From positions 7,678-31,677 of the forward strand of contig CAZVKY010000008.1 of the NCBI GenBank assembly GCA_964627915.1: a stretch of 24,000 nucleotides of DNA, given 5' to 3'. Position numbers and translations under genes: made by a program. This document shows, in pieces, positions 9,454-17,557 of the stretch. The notes below the pieces were generated by a model. That model ran no database searches and was not told the origin of the DNA. It worked only from the letters and a program-made list of their open reading frames with translations. Position 1 is the stretch's first letter; each line of letters starts with the position of its first letter. Source of the stretch: an uncultured Thermoplasmatales archaeon (GTDB taxonomy: Archaea > Thermoplasmatota > E2 > DHVEG-1).

Positions 9454-9595
9454 GGGAGCATGGTGTAACACGGCATCATTGTGGGCTCCAGTTATGGTAT
9501 GATTACAAATGGGTCATCTGAACTTATGATGATTAACTGGAGCGATGACCTGAAGAAGAGACCCGCTGATCTGGGTTCAAATCCCAGTGCTCCCA
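9454..9595 (+). tRNA. tRNA-Trp (anticodon CCA, 9488-9490) with a 69-nt intron; CCA tail not encoded
   Basis: Acceptor GGGAGCA (9454-9460)/TGCTCCC (9588-9594), discriminator A9595, T arm CTGGG-TTCAAAT-CCCAG, anticodon stem GTGGG (9481-9485)/CCCGC (9562-9566), loop C-T-CCA-G-A. Exons inferred as 9454-9491 and 9561-9595. Confidence 0.9.
9492..9560 (+). ncRNA. tRNA-Trp intron containing a box C/D 2'-O-methylation guide RNA
   Basis: Box C ATGATTA 9499-9505, 12-nt guide 9506-9517, D' CTGA 9518-9521, 4-nt spacer, C' ATGATGA 9526-9532, 12-nt guide 9533-9544, D ATGA 9545-9548. Guides pair with the anticodon region of the host pre-tRNA. Confidence 0.8.
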
Positions 9596-9633
9596 TTGTT
9601 CCTATCAAAAAAAATAAAAAGGTGAAATAAGAA

Positions 9634-9843
9634 ATGATAAAGCTAAATATAGAAAACATGAATCTATTTACCATCCTTTCAGCCCTTCTTTTTATTGCCG
9701 GTATTGGGTTTTATATTTATTGGGGAATTCGTTTTGGAGTATGGGCTGATATTGGTATCTATTCAGTGACCATCGTTTTTGTATTAGGCGGATTGCTTGG
9801 AATCATCCTAAGCCTGTATGAAAAAGCTAATGATAACATATAA
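9634..9843 (+). CDS. small two-TM membrane protein, hypothetical
   Basis: 69 aa with two hydrophobic helices; GGTGA SD-like motif upstream. Confidence 0.6.
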   Translation: MIKLNIENMNLFTILSALLFIAGIGFYIYWGIRFGVWADIGIYSVTIVFVLGGLLGIILSLYEKANDNI

Positions 9844-11283
9844 TCAATCCATGTTCCAGGTGAGAATTGGATTTCGAGTAGCACCAACTTCATCTACGCG
9901 ATGAACCGCAGTATGATGAGGGGCTGATTTAATGATCTCAGGGTCCTCATCTGCAATTTTTTTCAAAGCAGAGATATAATCATCTAACTCTTTTTTTGAT
10001 TCTGTCTCTGTTGGTTCTATCATCAATGCTTCTTTTACGATAAGTGGAAAATAAATAGTTGGTGGATGAACACCATAATCCATTAATCGCTTTGCTATAT
10101 CTAAAGCTTTTATCCCTTTCTCTTTGTGAAGGGTTTCACAGCTAAGGACAAATTCATGTTTTCGCAAGGAGGCATATGGAAGATCATACTGGCTATCAGA
10201 ACAAATTTTTTCTTTCATATAATTTGCATTGAGCACAGCGATATCTGATGCTTTTTTCAATCCATCGCTACCCATGAGAAGCATGTAAATATATGCTTTT
10301 ATGAGAACTGAGATATTACCATAGAAAGAACGGATCTTTCCAATGGATTGAGAATGATCAACGCTAAAGCAATACCGGTTTTGTTTTTTTATAATCCTTG
10401 GGAGCGGGAGAAATGGCTCTAATGATGTAGTGACCCCTACGGGACCACTTCCTGGACCACCGCCGCCATGTGGTGTAGAAAATGTTTTATGTAAATTAAG
10501 ATGAACAATATCAAAACCCATATCACCAGGTCGAACATGACCCATGTTTGCATTCATATTCGCTCCATCATAATAGAGTAAACCACCTGCTTCATGTACT
10601 TTTTTAGCAATGGTGAGTATTTCAGATTCAAAGATGCCAAGAGTGTTTGGATTGGTTACCATAAAACAAGCGGTTTTTTCGGATAAAACTGTGTCTAAAG
10701 CATTAAAATCTACCGTTCCTTGTTCATTGGATGGTATTTCTACAAGATCATATCCAGCGGTTTTCACACTTGCTGGATTAGTCCCATGTGATGTATCAGG
10801 GAGGATAACCTCTATGCGTTTTGTATCATTTCGTGATTCATGATATGCTTTTGTTAAAAGCATTCCTAAAAATTCTCCATGGGCTCCTGCCGAGGGTTGT
10901 AAACTGAACGCTTGCATTCCAGTGAGTTCACAGAGCATATTTTGTAATTCATAAAGAATCTGCAGTGTTCCCTGAACAGTGGATTCATCTTGATAGGGAT
11001 GAAGGCAGGAAAATGCATCCCATGAAGCGATATCCTCTGTTATCTTTGGGTTGTATTTCATGGTGCAGGATCCCAATGGGTAAATCCCGGTATCGACACA
11101 ATAGTTCATATGAGCGAGACGATGAAAATGCCTTACGATCTGTGTTTCATCAAGATTTGGGATACTTACTGATGTTGTTTTTTGTAATGATGATGGTATT
11201 TTCTGAAAAGAAGTTGGTTTTTTATGTTTGATTCCTTCAAGATCACATAAGAGTGGTTCATCATATGAAGCAGCTTTAAACAT
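9844..11283 (-). CDS. gcvPB: glycine dehydrogenase (decarboxylating) subunit 2
   Basis: PLP-lysine motif HLNLHKTFSTPHGGGGPGSGPVGV; GSCTMKYNP; 479 aa. Start chosen at MFKAASYDEPLL because a strong AAGGAGGT SD lies just upstream. Confidence 0.95.
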   Translation of the reverse strand: MFKAASYDEPLLCDLEGIKHKKPTSFQKIPSSLQKTTSVSIPNLDETQIVRHFHRLAHMNYCVDTGIYPLGSCTMKYNPKITEDIASWDAFSCLHPYQDESTVQGTLQILYELQNMLCELTGMQAFSLQPSAGAHGEFLGMLLTKAYHESRNDTKRIEVILPDTSHGTNPASVKTAGYDLVEIPSNEQGTVDFNALDTVLSEKTACFMVTNPNTLGIFESEILTIAKKVHEAGGLLYYDGANMNANMGHVRPGDMGFDIVHLNLHKTFSTPHGGGGPGSGPVGVTTSLEPFLPLPRIIKKQNRYCFSVDHSQSIGKIRSFYGNISVLIKAYIYMLLMGSDGLKKASDIAVLNANYMKEKICSDSQYDLPYASLRKHEFVLSCETLHKEKGIKALDIAKRLMDYGVHPPTIYFPLIVKEALMIEPTETESKKELDDYISALKKIADEDPEIIKSAPHHTAVHRVDEVGATRNPILTWNMD

Positions 11284-12643
11284 GAGAAACCTCCTTAATG
11301 GTATCAGCAAGAAGCATAATATCCTCTTTTGAATGGGTTTCAGCAACACCAAACAGCATCGTATGCTTCATATCAGAATATTTATTATCAAGAATGAGTC
11401 CGCCATGTATTCCTTTTTTTAGTAAATAAGAATTTATTTTGCTGGGTTGAACAGGTGTGTGTATGACACATTCATTGAAGGAAACCCCGGTGAATTCGGT
11501 TTCAAATCCATCGATTGAAGTGATGGTTTGAATGAAATGTTGACAGTTTTCAAAATTAGTGTTACTTAATTCTTGTAATCCATTGCCACCAAGCCATGAA
11601 AGATACACTGCTGCTGCGAGTGCACATAATCCTTCGTTGGTGCAAATGTTACTGGTTGCTCTTCCTCGGCGGATATGTTGTTCTCTGGTTTGCATGGTCA
11701 TGCAAAATGCTTTGTTGCCCTTGCTATCTTTTGTTTTTCCAATGAGTCGCCCTGGTATTTGTCGTAAGAATGGTTTTTTACAAGCGAATAAACCAAGACC
11801 AGATCCTCCGTAATCCATTGCATTTCCTAATGCTCTTCCTTCACCTATCACAATATCAGCATCATATGATCCTGGTTTTTTGATTAATCCTAATGAAAGT
11901 GGATCAACACCAACTACAAACAATGATTGGGCATTATGAACTGTTTGCTCAATAGTTGAAACATTTTCCTCCAGGATTCCAAAGAAATTTGGGTTTTCAA
12001 TATATACTCCACAGACAGTTTCATCTGTTTCTTTTTGTAATTGGTCAATGTCCAGACAGCCAGTTTTTGGGTGATACGGAATTTCTTTGATGGTGATGTT
12101 GGTTCCTTTTGCATAATTGTGAAGCACTGATTTTTTTTCCCAGGAGATATTTGATGGAATGATGAAGGTATTTTTTTTTCTTTTTATTCGAGAACACATC
12201 AGCATTGCTTCAGCTAGTGCAGTTGATCCATCATAAAGAGAGCAATTAGCGATATCCATTCCAGTTATTTCCGCGATCATGCTTTGAAATTCGAACATGG
12301 CTTGAAGAAATCCTTGACTAGCTTCTGATTGATAAGGGGTATACGCGGTGTAAAATTCAGGTCGATGGGTGATTGCTTTGACGACTGCGGGAACATAATG
12401 GGGTTTGATTCCTCCGCCTATGAAGGAGAGATGTTGTTTGCATGATTTATTGTTGTCTGCTATTTTCTGCAGTTTTTTTTCTATTTCCATTTGAGAGATT
12501 CCATCAGGTAGAGATAATTTTTTCAGTCTCATTGTTGATGGAATGTCTGAAAAAAGATCCTCTATTTTGTCAGTATTTATGGTTTTAAGCATCTGTTTTT
12601 CCAGTGAGGTATTTGGGATAAATTGCATATGCTCCCCATCCAC
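11276..12643 (-). CDS. gcvPA: glycine dehydrogenase (decarboxylating) subunit 1
   Basis: [12 protein letters not shown] ... [16 protein letters not shown] ... [28 protein letters not shown] ... [22 protein letters not shown]. Overlaps gcvPB by 8 nt. The start may be MQFIPNT at 12628, preceded by GGGGAG. Confidence 0.95.
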   Translation of the reverse strand: [455 protein letters not shown]

Positions 12644-12730
12644 GGTATCAACAAATGATTAAAGAACATTGTTATGTGTTTTTGTTGAAACTGAAACCTT
12701 TAAATGACGAGAATAATATGGTGAAGATGG

Positions 12731-13402
12731 ATGAGATATTTTCAGTTTCAAGAACCGGTAAAAGAAAAGATTGGTATCGGGAAAATCATCTGTTTAGCTA
12801 AAACCTATAAAAAACATGCTGATGAAATGAAGTCTTCTTTACCAAAATCTCCATTGTTGTTTTTAAAACCAGCAAGTGCCATTATTTTTTCAGGTGAAGC
12901 AATAAGGATACCGGATCAATCAACTTGTTTACATCATGAGGTAGAACTTGGGATAGTAATAGGAAGGAAGAGTAAAAATATAACGGTTGATTCTGCTTTG
13001 GACATTGTTCTTGGCTATGCGGTGGGATTGGATATTACTGCTAGAGACATTCAGGCAGAAGCAAAAAGGAGAGGATGGCCGTGGGGTATTGCAAAGGGAT
13101 TTGATACCTTTGCTCCCTTGAGTGAGGTTGTGTTAAAGGAGAGGATAAGGAATGCAAATAAGGTGATGATTTCTTTGACGGTTAATGATGAACTTCGGCA
13201 AAGGGAAAATACTAAGAATCTTCATTGGTCAGTGGAAAAGATTATTTCATTTGTTTCATCGATTATGACATTGGAAAAGGGTGATGTGATCTTAACTGGA
13301 ACCCCTGAGGGAGTGAATAGTATTCAGCCAGGTGATCGGTTAAGAGCAGTTTTGTCAGAGGGAAAGAAGCTATGCTCTATTGCGGTATCCGTTGAAAAAT
13401 AA
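12731..13402 (+). CDS. fumarylacetoacetate hydrolase (FAH) family protein
   Basis: HHEVELGIVIGRKSKNI, GYAVGLDITARDIQ, GIAKGFDTFAP, GDVILTGTPEGV. Confidence 0.93.
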   Translation: MRYFQFQEPVKEKIGIGKIICLAKTYKKHADEMKSSLPKSPLLFLKPASAIIFSGEAIRIPDQSTCLHHEVELGIVIGRKSKNITVDSALDIVLGYAVGLDITARDIQAEAKRRGWPWGIAKGFDTFAPLSEVVLKERIRNANKVMISLTVNDELRQRENTKNLHWSVEKIISFVSSIMTLEKGDVILTGTPEGVNSIQPGDRLRAVLSEGKKLCSIAVSVEK

Positions 13403-13497
13403 TTTGTATCAAGGGCTGATTTCATTGAATTTAAATGGAAAATCTATATGATACTAATCGTTAAAAGCATGTTATAAGCTCATTTTGAACAACACAG

Positions 13498-13600
13498 GTA
13501 ATTTGAGGGAGGGAAGAAAGGGAAACAGTTATTTCAGAACCAGAAAAAAAGTATTCTGTTTCCCCTTCGAATCTATGCTGCAGGGAATATCTCAAATTAC
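13498..13600. repeat. nested inverted-repeat element, possible structured RNA
   Basis: Outer 10-bp arms GTAATTTGAG (13498-13507)/CTCAAATTAC (13591-13600). Inner 9-bp arms GGGAAACAG (13520-13528)/CTGTTTCCC (13556-13564), extendable by GAAG/CTTC across an AAA bulge. Confidence 0.5.
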
Positions 13601-13817
13601 ATATTTAAATGTTATCTACATCATAGTTTATAAAAGGTAAATATTAGGTAAATTTAGGCTAAAAATTATTTTAATGTTTAGGGGGCTTAAATACGATGAT
13701 CAGTGTAAAAAGAGATTTCATGAGAAGGCAGTCATCTATGGAAATCATGTTATTATAGCATTCCAAGAAATGCTTTTAAAGATAAAATATATCTACCTAA
13801 ATTGGTGGGTATAGATC

Positions 13818-14012
13818 ATGAACAAACCAGAAAAGATTATTGTTGTCGGGTTGATAATCGGGTTGATGTTTTTTAGTGGTTTTCAACTGTTTAACTTTCT
13901 AAAAATTACACCGATTGGAACGCCGTTTAATGATTTTTTTTCTGTTGTTGGTCTTATTCTTTTTTTCATCAGTGGATTCTTTTATATTTCCCTTGAAACA
14001 TTAAAGAATTAA
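13818..14012 (+). CDS. small two-TM membrane protein, hypothetical
   Basis: 64 aa with two hydrophobic segments. Confidence 0.5.
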   Translation: MNKPEKIIVVGLIIGLMFFSGFQLFNFLKITPIGTPFNDFFSVVGLILFFISGFFYISLETLKN

Positions 14013-14038
14013 AAAAAGATAAAAGAGGAAGAACCTCC

Positions 14039-14203
14039 TTAAATTTCGTCATTTTTTATTTTTTCCTTCAGAATATCAAACTGTTGTCTGGTTAATGTAC
14101 AGACATTTTGTTTTTCACCAATGGTAACAGTATCTCCGAGAACATCAACAGTTGGACATTTTGGAGGAACACATGTATCATCCGTACATAATACGATTCT
14201 CAT
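14039..14203 (-). CDS. small cysteine-containing hypothetical protein
   Basis: 54 aa when started at the internal Met: MRIVLCTDDTCVPPKCPTVDVLGDTVTIGEKQNVCTLTRQQFDILKEKIKNDEI. The upstream extension to 14350 is AT-rich and implausible. Confidence 0.6.
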   Translation of the reverse strand: MRIVLCTDDTCVPPKCPTVDVLGDTVTIGEKQNVCTLTRQQFDILKEKIKNDEI

Positions 14204-14457
14204 GATATTGTCTCCATATCTAATTAACAATTGATAATATATAATTGTAAGTTTTAAATAATTTTTGGTATAAACTATCATCTTGCACAAATCATTAAAT
14301 TTACTTTTTTCCAATGAAAAAAGAAGAAAGAAGTGATTTGAATAGCTCACATCATCAATTAAAAAATATGTCCATTAAATGGATCTAAAAATGTTTATTA
14401 ACAGCATACGGGCAAATAAAAAAGGGTAAAGATATATTAAAAAAGGATTTTTTGAAA

Positions 14458-14469
14458 ATATTTAAATAC
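14458..14469 (+). promoter_or_regulatory. archaeal TATA-box-like element
   Basis: ATATTTAAATAC about 38 nt before the ATG at 14507, with TTGAGGAGAG (SD-like) in between. Confidence 0.45.
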
Positions 14470-14506
14470 TCTTTCATAATATTTTTTAGTTGAGGAGAGA
14501 ATAGTT

Positions 14507-14602
14507 ATGGGAAGAAAAACATCTTTTTCTTATGAAAAAGACGAATGTCGATTTAGTGAGGAATTTGTTTCATCTCTTGCTAAAATCATTTTTGAAAAAT
14601 AA
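14507..14602 (+). CDS. small hypothetical protein (31 aa)
   Basis: Absent from the ORF track. MGRKTSFSYEKDECRFSEEFVSSLAKIIFEK*, preceded by GAGGAGAG and a TATA-like element. Confidence 0.5.
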   Translation: MGRKTSFSYEKDECRFSEEFVSSLAKIIFEK

Positions 14603-14661
14603 GAGGACATCATTCATTGAATAAAACAGGTAATGAGTAAAAAAAGAAGTGAGGTGAAGAT

Positions 14662-14787
14662 ATGAGAAAATGGTATAGATATTGGTCCCAGGTTCATGAA
14701 AACAATTATCAAAATCTCGAATGGTACCAACAGGAACTTGAATGTGCTCGAAAAGCATTACATTCAAGTAATCATCAACAAAGCTAA
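14662..14787 (+). CDS. small hypothetical protein (41 aa)
   Basis: Absent from the ORF track. MRKWYRYWSQVHENNYQNLEWYQQELECARKALHSSNHQQS*, with a GAGGTGA SD just upstream. Confidence 0.5.
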   Translation: MRKWYRYWSQVHENNYQNLEWYQQELECARKALHSSNHQQS

Positions 14788-14855
14788 AAAGAACTATGAT
14801 TCATCAGAGAATTAAGCTAAGCAGAAAAGAAGTTTTTTTATTGTATCAGCATCAG

Positions 14856-14996
14856 CTATTTTGATATGATGTGTTTAGCAACTGTTGGTCTTTCTTTATA
14901 GAATATTTTACTGCCACAGTAAGGGCATTGCATCCCAATATTTTTCACATCAAATTTCACTGTTTTTTTACAGATCCCACAACGATAACCGGTCAT
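14856..14996 (-). CDS. rpoP: DNA-directed RNA polymerase subunit P (Rpb12-like)
   Basis: Absent from the ORF track. 46 aa: MTGYRCGICKKTVKFDVKNIGMQCPYCGSKIFYKERPTVAKHIISK*. Classic CxxC ... CPYCG.....YKERP signature; start overlaps the eL43 stop. Confidence 0.92.
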   Translation of the reverse strand: MTGYRCGICKKTVKFDVKNIGMQCPYCGSKIFYKERPTVAKHIISK

Positions 14997-15298
14997 CTTT
15001 CCTCATCCTCATCTTCATCCATGATATCCAATTTAGTTGTTTCACTACGAAGGATTTTTTCCACGTTCTGACCGCCCTCTGTTTTGGGGATGTAGCTTCC
15101 ACCAGCAAATTTAACACCACATTTCCTACATCGCCAAATACCAGATCCCATTCGTTTCACTTTGAGATGTCCACAGCTGGGACAGCGATGATTTTTACGT
15201 TGAATAACTTCAACATTTCGCACTCGTGATCGTGCCCGAACACCATATCTTGCTTGGTATCGACCAGCTGGACCTACTTTTTTGGTTCTTTTCGCCAT
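14993..15298 (-). CDS. rpl37ae: large ribosomal subunit protein eL43 (L37Ae)
   Basis: 101 aa: AKRTKKVGPAGRYQARYGVRARSRVRNVE ... CPSCGHLKVKRMGSGIWRCRKCGVKFAGGSY. Confidence 0.96.
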   Translation of the reverse strand: MAKRTKKVGPAGRYQARYGVRARSRVRNVEVIQRKNHRCPSCGHLKVKRMGSGIWRCRKCGVKFAGGSYIPKTEGGQNVEKILRSETTKLDIMDEDEDEER

Positions 15299-15300
15299 GA

Positions 15301-16083
15301 TTATGTACCCACACTTTGATTTAATTTATCTCGAAGTTTTTTCCCGTTATCAAGACTCTCTTTAATAACTTTTTTTATCTCTTCTACCGTAAAACTACCA
15401 TTAAGACCTTTTTGCATGGCTCGAATATCCCCTTCTTTATCTGTTGACACGGTCAATCGGGCATCCGCGATTTCTTCTTCATCTAGAGATGGATCGATAA
15501 CCACCACATCGTTGAATTTAACAGAGGTACAAGAAATCGGTGGATCACGCATGGGTAATGAATAATCATCACCAAGCTCAAATCGAGATGCAGGAACCGT
15601 TGTATCATATAACGCTGCCAGAGCCGCTAGTGAGGCACAATCAAAAAGATTACCATCATAATCAATGATATGTATATCAATGAACACGACCCATATTTTT
15701 TCCCCGGGTTCAACACACAGATCTTCTAAAGCAATCACATTTGATTCCCGTATCCCCCGATCAACAACTCGAGCCAGCTCAATAGCATTTTCTCTTGGAG
15801 GACCTGCTTCAAAATCAGGTGATGCCAATGGGATTAATTCTGCAGCAGTAGTAATCACACCTGAATCTGGTGTATCTGGATAAGGCTCTCCTACAGCCAT
15901 TTTTATCCCAGCGATAACCTGGGTATTGCCGATTTTTACTTTTGCTGAGCCCTCTGCTTTTTTAATGAATCCTGGTTCAATACTAATTTCACGATATTCA
16001 TTAAATGAACGTCCATCAGTTCGTTTACCTTGTTTTGCCAGAGCATATAAATAATTTTCTTTAATTGATGGTGAAATCGTCAT
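15301..16083 (-). CDS. rrp42: exosome complex component Rrp42 (RNase PH-like)
   Basis: GKRTDGRSFNEYREISIEPGFIKKAEGSAKVKIGNTQVIAGIKMAVGEPYPDTPDSG; 260 aa. Confidence 0.95.
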   Translation of the reverse strand: MTISPSIKENYLYALAKQGKRTDGRSFNEYREISIEPGFIKKAEGSAKVKIGNTQVIAGIKMAVGEPYPDTPDSGVITTAAELIPLASPDFEAGPPRENAIELARVVDRGIRESNVIALEDLCVEPGEKIWVVFIDIHIIDYDGNLFDCASLAALAALYDTTVPASRFELGDDYSLPMRDPPISCTSVKFNDVVVIDPSLDEEEIADARLTVSTDKEGDIRAMQKGLNGSFTVEEIKKVIKESLDNGKKLRDKLNQSVGT

Positions 16084-16868
16084 TATTCTACCTCCACATC
16101 AGCTTGATATTTGTTAGTAAGCGCTTCTTTTTGTATTTTTGAAACACTATGGCATCCTTTCATAGCCATATCGAATGCTTTCTCAAATTCATCCATGGTT
16201 AAATGTCCATCCATCTGCAGTAAGAGAATCTCATTTGTGCGGGGAGATATTGCAATGGGCAGATCTGCATTACCAAAGTTATCCTCTTCCTTAGCAAGAT
16301 CAACCACCACTTCTCCACCAATGATTTTTCCATCTTTTTCTTCCCCGCCGATTTTTCCAGCCGCACAGGCAACCGGAATATCCCGAAGAGGTATCCCCGC
16401 ATCGGCCAAAGCAACACCTGCAGCAGTAAGACCCGCACAGCGTGTTCCTGCTTCTGCATCTAAAATTTCGATGTTGACATCAATTGCTGCTCGAGGGAAT
16501 TGATCGGTTAACACCACTTTTTCTAAGGCTTCTGAAATAACTTTTGAGATTTCTCTACTCCGCCGATCAGGACCAGGCCGTTTTCGATCATCCACACTGA
16601 AAGCAGCCATATTATAACGAGCATTAATGATAGCTCGAAGTGGATTTTGGGTATGACGTGGGATAGCTTCTCGTGGTCCATAGACTGCAGCAACGACCTT
16701 ATTACCACCCCATTCAAGATAGCAGGATCCTTCTGCTCGGTGGAGAACACCGCATTCAATGGTGACCTCTCTAATATCTTCAGCGGTCCGCCCATCTGAG
16801 CGTTTTCCATTATCATCAATAAGCTTCATATCTGATTTCATATCTTTTTGCACTTCCTTATTCTTCAT
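16083..16868 (-). CDS. rrp41: exosome complex exonuclease Rrp41
   Basis: [48 protein letters not shown] ... [21 protein letters not shown]. Confidence 0.95.
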   Translation of the reverse strand: MKNKEVQKDMKSDMKLIDDNGKRSDGRTAEDIREVTIECGVLHRAEGSCYLEWGGNKVVAAVYGPREAIPRHTQNPLRAIINARYNMAAFSVDDRKRPGPDRRSREISKVISEALEKVVLTDQFPRAAIDVNIEILDAEAGTRCAGLTAAGVALADAGIPLRDIPVACAAGKIGGEEKDGKIIGGEVVVDLAKEEDNFGNADLPIAISPRTNEILLLQMDGHLTMDEFEKAFDMAMKGCHSVSKIQKEALTNKYQADVEVE

Positions 16869-17526
16869 TTTTTAAGAGCTGTTCAACTTTATCAGTCAAT
16901 CCAAAGGAAATTGATTCCTCTTCGATGAGTCGAATTGCTTTTAACATTTTTGCTATGTTTTCTTCTTTTCCTTCAATCCATATTCTCCCATTTTGACCAA
17001 CGAACATACGGCATCGGGTGTATTTCTTCAAAAGACTTATCATCGAGCCTTTTTTTCCGATAATCCGTGGAACCTTAGATGGTTCTACATTGATAATGTG
17101 GCCTCCCCGTATCTTATGAAGATTACGGTCTTTGAGAGTGATCTGAAGTTTTTTCTCAAGATCTACTTGAGACACTTTGGCCATGATGGAATCACCAGCA
17201 TTTAAATATTTTTCGGTTTCCCCGAAATCAACATTCCAGGGAACTTCATTGACATGGAGCAATGCTGGATAGGGAGCATTGATATCTACAAGCCAGCTTG
17301 AAGACATCGGGATATCAACGATACCGATGACCATATCTCCGACCACTGCATCATATCTTCCTTTGATGGGGATGACATTGATATAAGGTGATCGATCACT
17401 GAGTATTCCAAGGATTTTTGCATAAATCTTTTTGTGTTCAACAAATGTCCCCCGACCAGGTTTTTTATCCTTGAGTTCTCCAAGTAACTGACCAGGTATC
17501 ACTATTTTTCGTGCGGTTTTTGACAT
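16858..17526 (-). CDS. rrp4: exosome complex RNA-binding protein Rrp4
   Basis: N-terminal [10 protein letters not shown]1 domain ([33 protein letters not shown]), KH domain ([40 protein letters not shown]). Confidence 0.95.
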   Translation of the reverse strand: MSKTARKIVIPGQLLGELKDKKPGRGTFVEHKKIYAKILGILSDRSPYINVIPIKGRYDAVVGDMVIGIVDIPMSSSWLVDINAPYPALLHVNEVPWNVDFGETEKYLNAGDSIMAKVSQVDLEKKLQITLKDRNLHKIRGGHIINVEPSKVPRIIGKKGSMISLLKKYTRCRMFVGQNGRIWIEGKEENIAKMLKAIRLIEEESISFGLTDKVEQLLKNEE

Positions 17527-17557
17527 AAGAAGTTAGTCCTCTGTGAATCTCTTTTTT

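Noticed and set aside
9550-9553. CTGA as the D box of the intronic guide RNA
   Set aside because: It would give a 17-nt guide and put the N+5 position off C34. The ATGA at 9545 gives 12-nt spacing, exact C34 registration and a compensated C/D pair. Retained as an alternative needing comparative data.
9492-9674. Minus-strand 60-aa ORF (MVNRFMFSIFSFIISYFTFLF...GFEPRSAGLFF)
   Set aside because: Overlaps the tRNA-Trp gene on the opposite strand; the GFEPRSAG string is the reverse complement of the T arm/3' end, a common mis-annotation.
13696-13758. 20-codon ORF MISVKRDFMRRQSSMEIMLL
   Set aside because: Very short, no convincing SD, no coding signature.
14381-14395. Small palindrome TCCATTAAATGGA
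   Set aside because: Only 6-bp arms in AT-rich DNA with no second copy noticed; expected by chance.
14885-15229. Plus-strand 114-aa ORF
   Set aside because: Shadow ORF antisense to eL43 and rpoP, both clearly recognisable.
16111-16503. Plus-strand 130-aa ORF
   Set aside because: Low-complexity Ser/Ala-rich shadow of rrp41.
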